Positions 1-9,847 of a stretch of DNA of 64,000 nucleotides are shown here, in pieces. Position numbers and translations under genes: made by a program. The DNA lies in NCBI GenBank assembly GCA_045598525.1, contig JAZLMH010000003.1, positions 23,892-87,891 on the forward strand, given 5' to 3'. The number at the start of each line of letters is the position of its first letter. Position 1 is the stretch's first letter. Origin of the DNA: Bacilli bacterium (GTDB lineage: Bacteria; Bacillota_I; Bacilli_A; RFN20; CAG-826). Below the pieces are notes generated by a model. That model did no database searches, had not been told where the DNA came from, and saw nothing but the letters and a program-made list of their open reading frames with translations.

Positions 1-121
1 AACCGAATTCTCTTGGGTCTTTTCCAAAGAAAACTTTACCAATGATGACTCCTGTTGGGATGCTTCCGATTAAGAAACCCCAAACGATACAAGATAGAGC
101 AACTAAAATGTTTAACAGCAT
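1..121 (-). CDS. plsY: Glycerol-3-phosphate acyltransferase PlsY, N-terminal fragment (gene runs off the window start)
   Basis: Absent from the ORF track because it is short. Reverse translation from the ATG at 121 gives MLLNILVALSCIVWGFLIGSIPTGVIIGKVFFGKDPREFG, which matches the PlsY N-terminus (GSIPxG..GK..D.RE.G). There is a GGAGG RBS at 130-135 (minus). It is divergent from parE, as in B. subtilis plsY-parE-parC. Confidence 0.75.
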   Translation of the reverse strand, partial: MLLNILVALSCIVWGFLIGSIPTGVIIGKVFFGKDPREFG

Positions 122-189
122 GTTTCTATCCTCCTTTTGGCGCAAGTTACTATTAATTATTAATAGCCCTTAATTTTTTTCGCCGACTT

Positions 190-198
190 TGATATAAT
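190..198 (+). promoter_or_regulatory. Putative extended -10 promoter (TGaTATAAT) for the parE operon
   Basis: ttGaTATAAT at 190-198 lies about 48 nt upstream of the parE ATG. The -35 region is weak (ttaatt). Confidence 0.35.
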
Positions 199-245
199 AC
201 AAAAAAACTTAGTCTTACTCAATAATTTGAACTTTTAGCCACATC

Positions 246-2180
246 ATGATCGAAGAACCAAACTACACCGCGAAAGACATTGAACTATTGTCAGAATTAG
301 AGGGCGTTAGAAAGCGTCCTGGCATGTATATCGGAAGCACCAATCTTACGGGCCTCCATCATTTAGTATGGGAAATTGTCGACAACGCGGTTGACGAAGC
401 TGTCAATGGTCACGGCAAGAAAATTATTGTGACAATAATGAGAGACGGCTCGGTTCAAGTAGAGGATGAGGGTAGAGGCGTTCCTGTAGATATTCATCCT
501 CAGACAGGCCTTCCTGCCGTCCAGCTTATTTACACAACCCTTCACTCAGGCGGTAAATTCAATAGCAAAAACTATAAAACAAGCGCTGGTTTGCATGGCG
601 TTGGCGCAACGGTTACCAATGCTTTAAGCGAAGCTTTGGAAGTCACTGTTTATAGAGACGGCGTGATTAGCCAGATCAAATTTGCAAACGGAGGAGCCTT
701 AGTTCAGCCTCTTACCGTTCTTGGCCCAACAAACAGACACGGTACAACGGTTCGTTTTAAACCAGACCCAAAAATATTCCCTAATACAAAATTTTCTTGG
801 GACACCATCTACAAGAGGCTTGAAGAAAAGAGCTATCTTTTAACCGGCGTTCATTTCATCTTGAAAGATCAGGCGACTGGTAATGTACATGAATTTGTCA
901 CAGAACACGGTCTTAGGGAATATGTTGAAGCTTTAACATCTGAAAAAACTCAAATGGCCGACGTCATCGATTTTATCGATGAGACAAGCGACATTAAAAT
1001 CGAAGTAGCCCTCAAATGGTGTGTTGGCGACTATGGAGAAAATATCTATAGCTATGCTAATGACGTTAGAACAGCTGATGGAGGAACCCATGAAGTCGGT
1101 TTCAAGACTGCCTTAACCAAGATTCTTAATGACTGGGCTTCAGGCAACGAATTAATTAAAGCAAACCAAACAATTGATGGCACGGACATTCGCGAAGGCT
1201 TAACAGCCGTTCTTTCTGTTCAAGTTCCTGAAAATAAGCTTGAATACGAAGGCCAGACAAAAGGAAAGCTTGGAACCCCAGAAGCGACAGCCGCGGTTTC
1301 TATGGCCATGTCAAACTTCTTGCCATATTACTTAACTGAGCATAAAGACTTCGCCATTGCCCTCATTAAAAAATGCGCTCAAGCCAAAGAGGCACGTGAA
1401 GCCGCAAGAAAGGCACGTGAAGCTGCAAGGGGAGCTAAAAAGAAAGTCCAAGATGTCATGATCAGTGACAAATTGGCATCGGCTCAAAGCAAAGACTATA
1501 AAAACAACGAACTCTTCATCGTTGAAGGCGATTCCGCAGGCGGTAGTGCAAAAAGCGGAAGAGATAGACTTCATCAAGCAATTCTTCCTCTTAGAGGAAA
1601 ACCTTTAAATACACACAATGTCTCAAATAATGAGATTACACAAAACGTTGAATTTTCGACTTTGATTCAGACTATTGGCGCAGGGTTTGGCGATGATTTT
1701 AATCCTGAAGCAAGCCATTATGGCAAAATCATCATCATGACTGATGCTGATACAGATGGCGCCCACATTCAGACTTTGCTTTTGACTTTCTTCTACAATT
1801 ACATGAAACCGCTTATCGATCGCGGAATGATTTATATTGCTCAGCCTCCTCTCTATAGAGTCTATAAAAAGAGCGACCCATCTAAACATATTTATTGCTG
1901 GAGCGATGAGGACCTGGAGAAAGCAAAGAACAAAATCGGCGCGGGTTATGGCGTCAACCGTTATAAAGGTCTTGGCGAAATGAACGCCGATCAGTTGGCT
2001 ACAACCACAATGAATAAGAAGACCAGGGTCTTATGTCAGGTCAAGATTGAAGATCCGCTAATCGCAGAAAAACGTATTGAAACACTTATGGGCAAAGACA
2101 GCGCACCACGTTGGAATTGGATCAAAGAAAACGTTACTTTCAACGAAGTTGATGAATTTATTAAAGAAGTGAAGAACTAA
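246..2180 (+). CDS. parE: DNA topoisomerase IV subunit B (type IIA topoisomerase ATPase subunit)
   Basis: GHKL motif GLHHLVWEIVDNAVDEA. Toprim motifs EGDSAGG, PLRGK and DADTDGAHI. Called ParE rather than GyrB because the partner subunit is ParC-like and plsY is adjacent. Confidence 0.85.
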   Translation: MIEEPNYTAKDIELLSELEGVRKRPGMYIGSTNLTGLHHLVWEIVDNAVDEAVNGHGKKIIVTIMRDGSVQVEDEGRGVPVDIHPQTGLPAVQLIYTTLHSGGKFNSKNYKTSAGLHGVGATVTNALSEALEVTVYRDGVISQIKFANGGALVQPLTVLGPTNRHGTTVRFKPDPKIFPNTKFSWDTIYKRLEEKSYLLTGVHFILKDQATGNVHEFVTEHGLREYVEALTSEKTQMADVIDFIDETSDIKIEVALKWCVGDYGENIYSYANDVRTADGGTHEVGFKTALTKILNDWASGNELIKANQTIDGTDIREGLTAVLSVQVPENKLEYEGQTKGKLGTPEATAAVSMAMSNFLPYYLTEHKDFAIALIKKCAQAKEAREAARKAREAARGAKKKVQDVMISDKLASAQSKDYKNNELFIVEGDSAGGSAKSGRDRLHQAILPLRGKPLNTHNVSNNEITQNVEFSTLIQTIGAGFGDDFNPEASHYGKIIIMTDADTDGAHIQTLLLTFFYNYMKPLIDRGMIYIAQPPLYRVYKKSDPSKHIYCWSDEDLEKAKNKIGAGYGVNRYKGLGEMNADQLATTTMNKKTRVLCQVKIEDPLIAEKRIETLMGKDSAPRWNWIKENVTFNEVDEFIKEVKN

Positions 2181-2183
2181 ACT

Positions 2184-4814
2184 ATGGCAAAGAAGAAGAT
2201 TGTTGAACCAGAAATAATTGAAAACATCATCTCCGGTACCTTAGATGAGTTGATGGGCATGAAGTTTGCCATCTACGCAAAAGATGTCATTCAAGACCGT
2301 GCTATCCCAGACGCTAGAGACGGCTTAAAACCTGTCCAGCGCCGCATCGTTTTCGATATGTGGAATACTGGAAACACAATCGAAAAGCCTACAAAGAAAT
2401 GCGCTCACATCGTTGGTGACGTCATGGGTAATTATCACCCTCATGGCGACTCATCCATCTATGAAGCCTTGGTTCATATGTCCCAGGACTGGTCATATCG
2501 TTATCCTTTGATCGATTTTCAAGGAAATAACGGATCCATTGATGGCGATAGCGCAGCTGCTTATCGTTACACAGAAGCCAGGTTAGCGGCAATCGCTAAT
2601 GAATTAGTCGCAGACATTGATAAAGAAACCGTCGATATGGAGCTGACTTATGACGATAAGCATTATGAGCCAATCGTTCTTCCATCTCTTTATCCAAACC
2701 TTTTTGTTAACGGTTCAGAAGGTATTGCTGTTGGCATTTCCACATCGATTCCTCCTCATAATTTAAGAGAAATTGTTAGCGCAGTTGTTTATAGAATAAA
2801 ACACCCAAACTGTGACATCGAAGATTTGATGAGATTTGTTCCTGCTCCTGATTTCCCTACAGGCGGCATCATCTATAAATCTGAAACACTCAACGATATT
2901 TATAGAAAAGGCCGCGGAAAACTCACAATGAGCAGCAAAACTACAATCACAGAAGATGAGGATGGGACAAAGCAAATCATAATCTCCGAAATCCCTTATC
3001 AGGTTAATAAATCAACTTTAGTTAAAGCAATCGATAAGATTCGTCATGACAAAACCATCCCAGGTATTGCTGAAGTTCGCGATGAAACAGATAAAGAAGG
3101 CCTTAGAATCGCAATCGATTTGAAAAATGATTGCAAACCAGAGGCTGTCTTAGCTTACCTTCTTAACAAAACACAACTTAAAACATCCTTTAGCGCTCAG
3201 ATGGTTGCCATTGTTGATGACAGACCTAAGGTTTTAGACCTTATGTCATATTGTGATTGTTATATCCAGCATCAATTAGACGTTATAACAAGAAAGAGCA
3301 ACTTCCTTTTAGGCAAATACACCGCTCGTCATTCAATCGTTGAAGGCTTAATCAAAGCAATCAGCATTCTTGATAAAGTCGTTGAAGTTATTAAGGGTAG
3401 CGACGACAAAGCGGATTCAAAGAAAAACATCCAGGCGGCATTTGGTTTTACCGAACCACAAGCCGAAGCTATTGTCATGATGCCTCTTTATAAGCTTTCG
3501 CACACCGATATTAGAGTTCTCGAGGAAGAAAAAGCAAAACTTGAAGAAGATATTGCTTACCTTAATGGAATTCTTGGCGATCAAGACAAACGCGAGAATG
3601 TGATCATAGATACTCTCAAGAGTATCGTTAAGAAATATGGCGATGAACGCCGTAGCGAAATAGTTGACGAAGAAGAAATCGTCTTAGATAAACGCGACCT
3701 TATCGCAAAAGAAACGGTCAAACTTGTTCTTACACGCGATGGATACATCAAACGTACATCTATCAAATCATGGAAAGGTTCTAATGGCCATAACGGCGTA
3801 AGAGCTGGCATCAAATCAGGTGACTCGTTTGTTTATGACGGAGAATGCGAAACAACAGACATTCTCATTGCGTTTACCGAACAAGGAAACTATTTATATA
3901 TCCCTGTTAACGAAGTTAAGGAAAACAAATGGAACGACGAAGGCTTCCACGTTAACCAGCTTGTTAACCTTGCGGCAGACGACAGACTCATCGGCGCAGT
4001 GGCGGTTCGTAAGTTTAGACACGATTTATTTATGGTCCTTCTTTCAAGAAGTGGCTATATCAAGAGAATCAGACTTGACTCATTCCCTGTTATTAGAAGA
4101 ACTAAGCCAATTCCTGCGATCAAACTCGAAAAAGGCGATACCCTTGTTGGTTTTACCTGTACGTCTGGCAATAGCGATATCTTCATCGCAAGCGAAGAAG
4201 GGTATGGTTCTTTCTATAACGAAAACGACATTTTTATCAGCAATCCTAGAAGCCGCGGCATTAAAGCGGGATCCTTCGGAGGAAAACCTCTTGCTGGCAT
4301 CGTTTCGTTTGCTCCAAATGATGAAGAGAAAAAGGTTTTATTCATCACTAACCACGGTCACACAAGAGTTTTCTCGACATCCAACATTGAATTGGGCAAA
4401 CGCTTAGCGAAAGCCAGTGTAATTTTTAACACATTCAAGAAAGAGCCTCATAAAGTCGTCTACATCTCAAAAATTAACGGGCAACCAGCTCCTTATGTTT
4501 TAGACATAATGTTAAACGACGGAAGAAAGAGTGAAATTACTTTTGCCGATTACTATTTAACCCCAATGGAAAAATATGCAAAACGTCCTGACGCCTTTGC
4601 GGCGAAAGACGTCATTGAGTTCGTTTCAAAGGACAATTCAACATCGATAGTGATTGATGACTCAATTAAATCCTTTGAACCTCCTGTTCCACCTCAGGAA
4701 GAAACTGAAGAAGATATGTCTGAAGCCGAAAAACCATCGATCATGTCTTCCTCTTCCTTTGAGCAAATTGATCTTTTTGATTCAATTGTCAACGACGACG
4801 ATTCTGAAAATTAA
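2184..4814 (+). CDS. parC: DNA topoisomerase IV subunit A, with an acidic C-terminal tail
   Basis: [31 protein letters not shown], and [11 protein letters not shown] containing the active-site Tyr. No GyrA-box (QRRGGKG) is present. The last ~60 aa are acidic and low-complexity ([11 protein letters not shown]...NDDDSEN). Confidence 0.85.
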   Translation: MAKKKIVEPEIIENIISGTLDELMGMKFAIYAKDVIQDRAIPDARDGLKPVQRRIVFDMWNTGNTIEKPTKKCAHIVGDVMGNYHPHGDSSIYEALVHMSQDWSYRYPLIDFQGNNGSIDGDSAAAYRYTEARLAAIANELVADIDKETVDMELTYDDKHYEPIVLPSLYPNLFVNGSEGIAVGISTSIPPHNLREIVSAVVYRIKHPNCDIEDLMRFVPAPDFPTGGIIYKSETLNDIYRKGRGKLTMSSKTTITEDEDGTKQIIISEIPYQVNKSTLVKAIDKIRHDKTIPGIAEVRDETDKEGLRIAIDLKNDCKPEAVLAYLLNKTQLKTSFSAQMVAIVDDRPKVLDLMSYCDCYIQHQLDVITRKSNFLLGKYTARHSIVEGLIKAISILDKVVEVIKGSDDKADSKKNIQAAFGFTEPQAEAIVMMPLYKLSHTDIRVLEEEKAKLEEDIAYLNGILGDQDKRENVIIDTLKSIVKKYGDERRSEIVDEEEIVLDKRDLIAKETVKLVLTRDGYIKRTSIKSWKGSNGHNGVRAGIKSGDSFVYDGECETTDILIAFTEQGNYLYIPVNEVKENKWNDEGFHVNQLVNLAADDRLIGAVAVRKFRHDLFMVLLSRSGYIKRIRLDSFPVIRRTKPIPAIKLEKGDTLVGFTCTSGNSDIFIASEEGYGSFYNENDIFISNPRSRGIKAGSFGGKPLAGIVSFAPNDEEKKVLFITNHGHTRVFSTSNIELGKRLAKASVIFNTFKKEPHKVVYISKINGQPAPYVLDIMLNDGRKSEITFADYYLTPMEKYAKRPDAFAAKDVIEFVSKDNSTSIVIDDSIKSFEPPVPPQEETEEDMSEAEKPSIMSSSSFEQIDLFDSIVNDDDSEN

Positions 4815-4816
4815 TC

Positions 4817-5350
4817 ATGAAAAAGGCAAAACGCTGGATTCCCACATACCGCGCAAAGTCGATTTACGACATACCTCTTTCTTTTTATAAAGAAAATAAC
4901 ATAAAGATAATCTTGTCTGATTTAGATAACACCCTAGATGCTTTTAATGTCAAAGAACCTAATCAACGCACTTTTGATTTGGTTAAAGACATAACTGAAG
5001 CTGGTATTTTGATTATGATCGCATCAAACAATACTTGGAAAAGGGTTAGTGGATACGCAAATAAACTTGGAGTAAGAGCTGTTTGCAGACTGCATAAACC
5101 ATCTAGCAAATACCTTAAAAGGTTTATAGAAATGGAAAAGTTCAATCCGGAAGAAGTCGTTTTAATAGGCGATCAAGTCCTGACGGACTTATATGCAGGG
5201 AACGGCGCGGGTATCAGAACAGTATTAACTGAACCTGTATCTCCATTAGATCCACCTTGGACTAAGGTAAACCGTATCCTTGAAAGAACAAGGCGTAAAA
5301 AAATCTACAAAATGCCATATACTGTAATTAGTGGGAGGAAGTTTCAATGA
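4817..5350 (+). CDS. yqeG: YqeG-family HAD-IIIA phosphatase
   Basis: DLDNTL, SNN and GDQVLTD motifs. It is the first gene of the conserved yqeG-yqeH-yhbY-nadD-yqeK-rsfS block. Confidence 0.8.
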   Translation: MKKAKRWIPTYRAKSIYDIPLSFYKENNIKIILSDLDNTLDAFNVKEPNQRTFDLVKDITEAGILIMIASNNTWKRVSGYANKLGVRAVCRLHKPSSKYLKRFIEMEKFNPEEVVLIGDQVLTDLYAGNGAGIRTVLTEPVSPLDPPWTKVNRILERTRRKKIYKMPYTVISGRKFQ

Positions 5351-6501
5351 GTAAAGTTACATCGGTCCGTCGTTGCTATCACTGCGGCAAAGTCCTTCAA
5401 GACGAAGATCCAAACAAAGAAGGCTATATTCAAAGTGAAGCTTTTAACAAGCGTTCAGGAAATGAAATCCTCCTTTGCTTAGAATGTTATGACAAATTAC
5501 GTTATAACGAAGCGCCAGCGTCTGCCGAAGTTAATGAAGATTATCTAAAAATGCTCGGAGACGCCAAAAAAGAAGGTGCCTTGATTGTTTATTTAGTTGA
5601 TCTTATTTCGTTTGAATGCTCTTTCGTTAAAAAGGTTTTAGACGCAATAGAAGGTTTGCCTATCGTTGTTATAGGAACTAAACGCGATTTAATGCCAAAA
5701 CAAGCTGACTCTGAGCATTTAAAAGAATATATCGCTCATAGATTTAGAGTCGAAGGATTTAAACAGGTCACGAATGAAGATGTTGTTCTTCTTGATTGGA
5801 CAAGTTCTGCCGACGTTTCAACGGCGGTAAGCGTTTTAGAAAAGAAGAGAAACGGCAAAAGCGCATATGTTATTGGCGCTAAAGGTGTCGGAAAGAGTGC
5901 GTTCATTACCAGTTTCTTAAGACAATATCGCAACACATCGAATAGAGGCGTAGGGATTTCAAGTTATAAAGAAACCTCTTTAGAGGTTTGGCAGATTCCT
6001 CTTAGTGATGATGCCTCTTTATATGACACGCCTGGGACCGGAATTGATAATTCCTTTACCGGAATCCCTGGCCATCCAAAAGAAATTGATATCTACGAAC
6101 CTTTGGTTGAAAGAAAGGTTGACGTTGCAGAAAACGGAAGCTTGTTCGTTGGTCTTTTGGCAAGAATCGACCCAATCAACGTAAATTCAAAGAAAAAGAT
6201 TTCTTTCCATTGCTATTTCCCAAAGAAAGTTGAATTAAAAGCAATCACTCCAAAAAATGACATGAATGCATTGTTTGTCAAATATATTAAAAAGAAAGCA
6301 ATGAAACCTTTCTATGAGAAATTAGAAAAAGGAAGCGATTTTGACGTTTTTGATTTCGAATTAGAAGCAAATGGGCCTAGAGATATTGGCATTGCCGGTC
6401 TTGGATGGGTCACATTTAAAGGAACGGTTGGGGACGTATATCGCATCACCGTTCCAAAAAATATCGGGGTTTATGCCTCACGCGCGAAAATAGGTAAATA
6501 A
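5347..6501 (+). CDS. yqeH: Ribosome biogenesis GTPase YqeH (circularly permuted)
   Basis: N-terminal Zn ribbon CYHCGK...CLECYD. The G4-like motif TKRD precedes G1 GAKGVGKS, which shows the circular permutation. The synteny is conserved. Confidence 0.85.
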   Translation: MSKVTSVRRCYHCGKVLQDEDPNKEGYIQSEAFNKRSGNEILLCLECYDKLRYNEAPASAEVNEDYLKMLGDAKKEGALIVYLVDLISFECSFVKKVLDAIEGLPIVVIGTKRDLMPKQADSEHLKEYIAHRFRVEGFKQVTNEDVVLLDWTSSADVSTAVSVLEKKRNGKSAYVIGAKGVGKSAFITSFLRQYRNTSNRGVGISSYKETSLEVWQIPLSDDASLYDTPGTGIDNSFTGIPGHPKEIDIYEPLVERKVDVAENGSLFVGLLARIDPINVNSKKKISFHCYFPKKVELKAITPKNDMNALFVKYIKKKAMKPFYEKLEKGSDFDVFDFELEANGPRDIGIAGLGWVTFKGTVGDVYRITVPKNIGVYASRAKIGK

Positions 6502-6510
6502 GGATTAAAT

Positions 6511-6804
6511 ATGTTAGCACCAAAAAATAGAGCTTATTTAAAAGGCTTAGCAAATCATTTAAAGCCTACTTTGAATCTTGGAAAAGGAGATATCGATGAG
6601 AATATCGTCGATGTTTTGAATAAAGCCTTAGAAGCAAACGAAATAGTCAAAATCCGTCTTTTAGACACTGTTTCATCAACACCTGAAGAAATAATTGATG
6701 AGCTCTGCTTAAAAACTGGCGCTCAATTAGTTGGAAAATGCGGACACATCATTACTTTTTACCGCGAAAGTAAGAAAAATAAGAGAATTGTCCTCCCTCG
6801 ATAA
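6511..6804 (+). CDS. yhbY: YhbY/CRM-domain RNA-binding protein
   Basis: 97 aa. The LKGLANHLKPTLNLGKGDI motif is typical of YhbY. The operon position is conserved. Confidence 0.8.
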   Translation: MLAPKNRAYLKGLANHLKPTLNLGKGDIDENIVDVLNKALEANEIVKIRLLDTVSSTPEEIIDELCLKTGAQLVGKCGHIITFYRESKKNKRIVLPR

Positions 6805-7925
6805 TGAAAGATAAAATAATCATCTACGGCGGAAGTTTCGATCCGTTGCATAATGGGCACATTGAAATCGCTAAAGCAGCATCTGATTTTTTAGATGCTA
6901 ATTTAATTTTTGTCCCGGCAAAGAATGCAAGATGGAAAGAAAACAGCGCAAGCGCTGAAGAACGCTTGAGAATGATTGATATAGCCCTTGGAGAACTGAA
7001 TAAAAACAAAAACAGGTTTTCTGTATCTGGGTTTGAAATATCCGCCGAAGGAAACGGAAAATCATATAGCATTAATACCGTTGAACATTTTTCAAAAGAA
7101 TACGGACAAATATACTTTTTAATTGGGGCGGATCAAGTTGGTTTGTTCCATAAATGGAAAGAGGCAGAAAGATTATCGACCTTAGCCCAGATCGTATATG
7201 TTGAAAGACCTGGCTGCGTTTTAGATCAGACAAATATCGTTAAATATAAAATGAAGCCTGTTCCTTTTAAGGAACATCTTGTTTCCAGTACTGATATTAG
7301 GATGCTTAAATCGATTGATTACCCTGATTCTGTAAGAAGGTTTGTTGAAACGCATAAACTTTATTTGTTTAGGGACTTACTCGGCTTCTTAAAGCCAACA
7401 AGGTTAGAACATTCTATTTCCGTCGCTAACGTAGCGTTAAACATCGCTAGATCGAATAAAGGCGTAGTGGATGAATTATCGGCATATCAAGCTGGTATTT
7501 TGCATGATTTAGGCAAATATATGCCTGAAGAAGAGTCGAGGCGGTTAATAGAACAGGAATTCTCAGCCGAGTATTCTAAGTATCCAATATGGGCTTTGCA
7601 CCAATGGACCGGAGCTTATCTTTCTAAAGAAAGATTCGGAATAGATGACAAGCAAATACTTAACGCAATTCAATATCATTGTACTGGAAGGCCAAATATG
7701 GGCCCTTTAGAACAAATAATCTATAGCGCGGATAAGATAGACCCTTTAAGAGGCTATGATTCAAAACCATTAATAGATTCTTGCTTAAAAGACTACCATC
7801 AAGGATTTATAGATGTTTTGAGCGCAAACAGAGAGTTTTTAGGGAAGAAAAAAGACAAAAACCCTTATAGAGATGATGAATTAACACAAAGTTGTTATAA
7901 ATTCTTCTTAGAAGAAAGGAAATAA
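6804..7925 (+). CDS. nadD: Fusion protein: nicotinate-nucleotide adenylyltransferase NadD (N-terminal) plus YqeK HD-domain hydrolase (C-terminal)
   Basis: GGSFDPLHNGH (HxGH) and the NadD fold span aa 1-~187. The HD domain (HSISVA...ILHDLGK...YHCTGR) spans aa ~195-373. It is one uninterrupted ORF. Confidence 0.85.
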   Translation: MKDKIIIYGGSFDPLHNGHIEIAKAASDFLDANLIFVPAKNARWKENSASAEERLRMIDIALGELNKNKNRFSVSGFEISAEGNGKSYSINTVEHFSKEYGQIYFLIGADQVGLFHKWKEAERLSTLAQIVYVERPGCVLDQTNIVKYKMKPVPFKEHLVSSTDIRMLKSIDYPDSVRRFVETHKLYLFRDLLGFLKPTRLEHSISVANVALNIARSNKGVVDELSAYQAGILHDLGKYMPEEESRRLIEQEFSAEYSKYPIWALHQWTGAYLSKERFGIDDKQILNAIQYHCTGRPNMGPLEQIIYSADKIDPLRGYDSKPLIDSCLKDYHQGFIDVLSANREFLGKKKDKNPYRDDELTQSCYKFFLEERK

Positions 7926-7926
7926 A

Positions 7927-8259
7927 ATGGATAATTCTAATTTAGTAAAAGACACAGTCGCCTTTTTAGAAGAGAGAAAAGCCGAAGATATTGTTGTAGT
8001 GGATGTCAAAGATAGGACTCCGTTCACCGATTACTATGTTTTAGTTACCGCTCCAAACATGAGAGCGGCAGGAGCTTATGCTGAACTATTAGAAGATTTC
8101 TTTGAATCAAGAGTAGAAGATCTCCATAAGCCAGAAGGGGAGCCAGAATCAGGATGGATTCTCGTTGACGCAGGAGAACTTGTTGTGCATATTTTCACAG
8201 CAATAAAAAGAGCGGAATTAAACTTAGAAGAGCTCCTTGAAAAAAGAAGAAATTCTTAA
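7927..8259 (+). CDS. rsfS: Ribosomal silencing factor RsfS
   Basis: 110 aa with a DYYVLVTAPNMRAAGA motif. It is the last gene of the yqe operon. Confidence 0.85.
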   Translation: MDNSNLVKDTVAFLEERKAEDIVVVDVKDRTPFTDYYVLVTAPNMRAAGAYAELLEDFFESRVEDLHKPEGEPESGWILVDAGELVVHIFTAIKRAELNLEELLEKRRNS

Positions 8260-8278
8260 GTCAATATGAAGGCAATTT

Positions 8279-8314
8279 AGAACTGCTAAAAAAGCAGTTC
8301 TTTTTCTTTCTTTT
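8279..8314 (+). terminator. Rho-independent terminator of the parE-to-rsfS operon
   Basis: Hairpin AGAACTGCT-aaaaa-AGCAGTTCT followed by TTTTCTTTCTTTT. Confidence 0.75.
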
Positions 8315-8547
8315 GGTCTAAATAAAGGAAAATTGCGCAAATAAATTAACAAATATTAAAAATTGAAAATTAAGGCTAGGTGCAAATAAAATGACTAAAA
8401 TACAAATCATGCAATTTATAACGCTGTTTTAGATAAATAAATGAAGTAGAGGTAATTATACGAACTAAAACATATTTTCGTTTTTATCAAAAAATTAGTA
8501 GTTTAAAAAACACTATAGGTTTCAATCTTTTTTTGATTTTTACTAAT

Positions 8548-8575
8548 ACTACGCATAATGTCCTTTATGTTAATA
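8548..8575. other. Candidate dif site (Xer chromosome-dimer resolution site)
   Basis: ACTACGCATAA-TGTCCT-TTATGTTAATA. It matches E. coli dif GGTGCGCATAA-TGTATA-TTATGTTAAAT at 20 of 28 positions, and about 24 of 28 positions of the degenerate bacterial dif consensus. The inner CATAA-N6-TTATG inverted repeat is present. It lies in the convergent-transcription gap, 390 bp from a xer gene. Confidence 0.55.
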
Positions 8576-8965
8576 AATAAGAATAAGAAAACGATAAACA
8601 CACACTTTCCTATAAATAATGATTTGTTAATAATTGCAGATTATCCACAAATTATTTGAAATATTAACACACCTTTATAAACTACTAAAAAACTACTTTA
8701 TGAATTTCCTAGAATCTACTAATTTTGTTTGGCAATTCGTTGGTAATGCGAGCTCCCTATTATTCATGGCAAAAATCTTGCCTTTCCTTAATTCTTTAAT
8801 AAATTGACTTATTGGAAAAATTTACTATTTAAGAGGAAAAATCTGTTTTTTGACTAGAACAATATAAAATTGGGCAGTCTTGCGGATCAAGTAAACAAAC
8901 TACGACTTAATAAACGCTAAATAATAGTCAACCAAAAATGGAAAGTTATATTTGTTTGATTTCTT

Positions 8966-9847
8966 CTATTTCCTTGAATTATAAAGGTCATACGCTTCTA
9001 AAATACGTTTTGTTGAAACGTGAGTATATATTTGGGTTGTTGATATCTTGCTGTGGCCCAACATTTCCTGCACTGATCTTAATTCAGCTCCGTTTTCCAG
9101 CAAATGAGTTGCAAAACTATGTCTCAATGTGTGCGGAGATATTGAATTATCTATCCCAGCGGCAATCGAATACCTTTTTATTTGCATGAAAAAATAGATT
9201 CTTGATATAGGTTTGCCTTCTCTATTTAAGAAAATATAGTTTGTATTCTTTCCTTTGTTTCTTTTTCTGGCGCCGTTGATGTACTTTTCTAAGTATTCTA
9301 AGGCAAACGACGATACAGGAACGCTTCTTTGTTTATTTCCTTTACCGTAGACGGTAACTATCATTTCTTTAAAATCGATGTTTTTGAATTGTAAAGAAAT
9401 CAATTCAGAGACACGAAGTCCTGTTGCATACATCATTTCTAACATCGCTCTGTCTCTTTGGCCGCTTTCTTTTGTCATGTCTGGGGCTTCCAAAAGAGCT
9501 TCTATGTCTTCGTTTGGTATGACAATAGGCAATTTTTTATCCGTTCTAGGCTTTTGAAAGGTGGGAAAATCAGAATTAATAATGTTTTCGCCTATTAGGA
9601 ACAAGAAATAATTCTTAAGACAACTAAAACGCCTCAAAATCGTCGAGGTTGATCGCATTTCTTCGTCTTGCCTTTGAATAAAACCGGCAATTTGTTCGAC
9701 CATCAAGTCATCTGTTGTTTTTATATCTTTGAAAAAAGCGAAAAACAGTTTCAGGTCTTCTCTATAATTCGAAATTGTCGCTGGTGAAACGCCTTTTTCC
9801 ACCTGAAGGTGCTGCAAATATAGCGAGATAGAGTCATTTATTTCCAT
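8966..9847 (-). CDS. Tyrosine recombinase, XerC/XerD family
   Basis: ATGLRVSEL (Arg), HTLRHSFATHLL (HxxR) and LGHSKISTTQIYTHV (catalytic Tyr). The 293-aa size is typical of Xer. No phage genes are nearby. Confidence 0.85.
   Translation of the reverse strand: MEINDSISLYLQHLQVEKGVSPATISNYREDLKLFFAFFKDIKTTDDLMVEQIAGFIQRQDEEMRSTSTILRRFSCLKNYFLFLIGENIINSDFPTFQKPRTDKKLPIVIPNEDIEALLEAPDMTKESGQRDRAMLEMMYATGLRVSELISLQFKNIDFKEMIVTVYGKGNKQRSVPVSSFALEYLEKYINGARKRNKGKNTNYIFLNREGKPISRIYFFMQIKRYSIAAGIDNSISPHTLRHSFATHLLENGAELRSVQEMLGHSKISTTQIYTHVSTKRILEAYDLYNSRK

Noticed and set aside
151-165. A 15-nt AT-only palindrome (TATTAATTATTAATA) in the plsY/parE divergent region, considered as a possible operator.
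   Set aside because: It is composed only of A and T in an AT-rich promoter region. It cannot be distinguished from chance or from UP-element-like sequence.
246-4814. An alternative reading of the two topoisomerase genes as gyrB/gyrA.
   Set aside because: The A subunit has ParC-type signatures (KPVQRRI, HMSQDW, GSIDGD) and lacks a GyrA box. The genes are divergent from plsY, as parE-parC are in B. subtilis, and are not next to dnaA, dnaN or recF.
8641-8649. A perfect DnaA box (TTATCCACA) in the AT-rich gap, which could suggest an origin of replication.
   Set aside because: It is a single box with no cluster and no dnaA or dnaN nearby. Flanking genes converge on the gap rather than diverge, which is terminus-like and not origin-like. 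One perfect 9-mer is roughly expected by chance in 128 kb of searched sequence.
8495-8688. A 10-nt inverted repeat (TTAGTAGTTT at 8495-8504 and AAACTACTAA at 8679-8688) flanking the dif candidate.
   Set aside because: In a 700-bp region this AT-rich, several 10-nt inverted matches are expected by chance. No further structure supports it.
8704-8731. A second dif-like sequence, ATTTCCTAGAA-TCTACT-AATTTTGTTTG, whose left arm matches the B. subtilis dif XerC arm (cTTCCTAGAA).
   Set aside because: The right (XerD) arm and the ATAA-N6-TTAT core are absent. The site at 8548-8575 is a much better full-length match.
8966-9847. The tyrosine recombinase as a marker of a prophage or integrative element.
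   Set aside because: Its size and motifs are Xer-like. It overlaps the housekeeping gene dinB in an operon. There are no phage, conjugation or IS genes and no flanking repeats.
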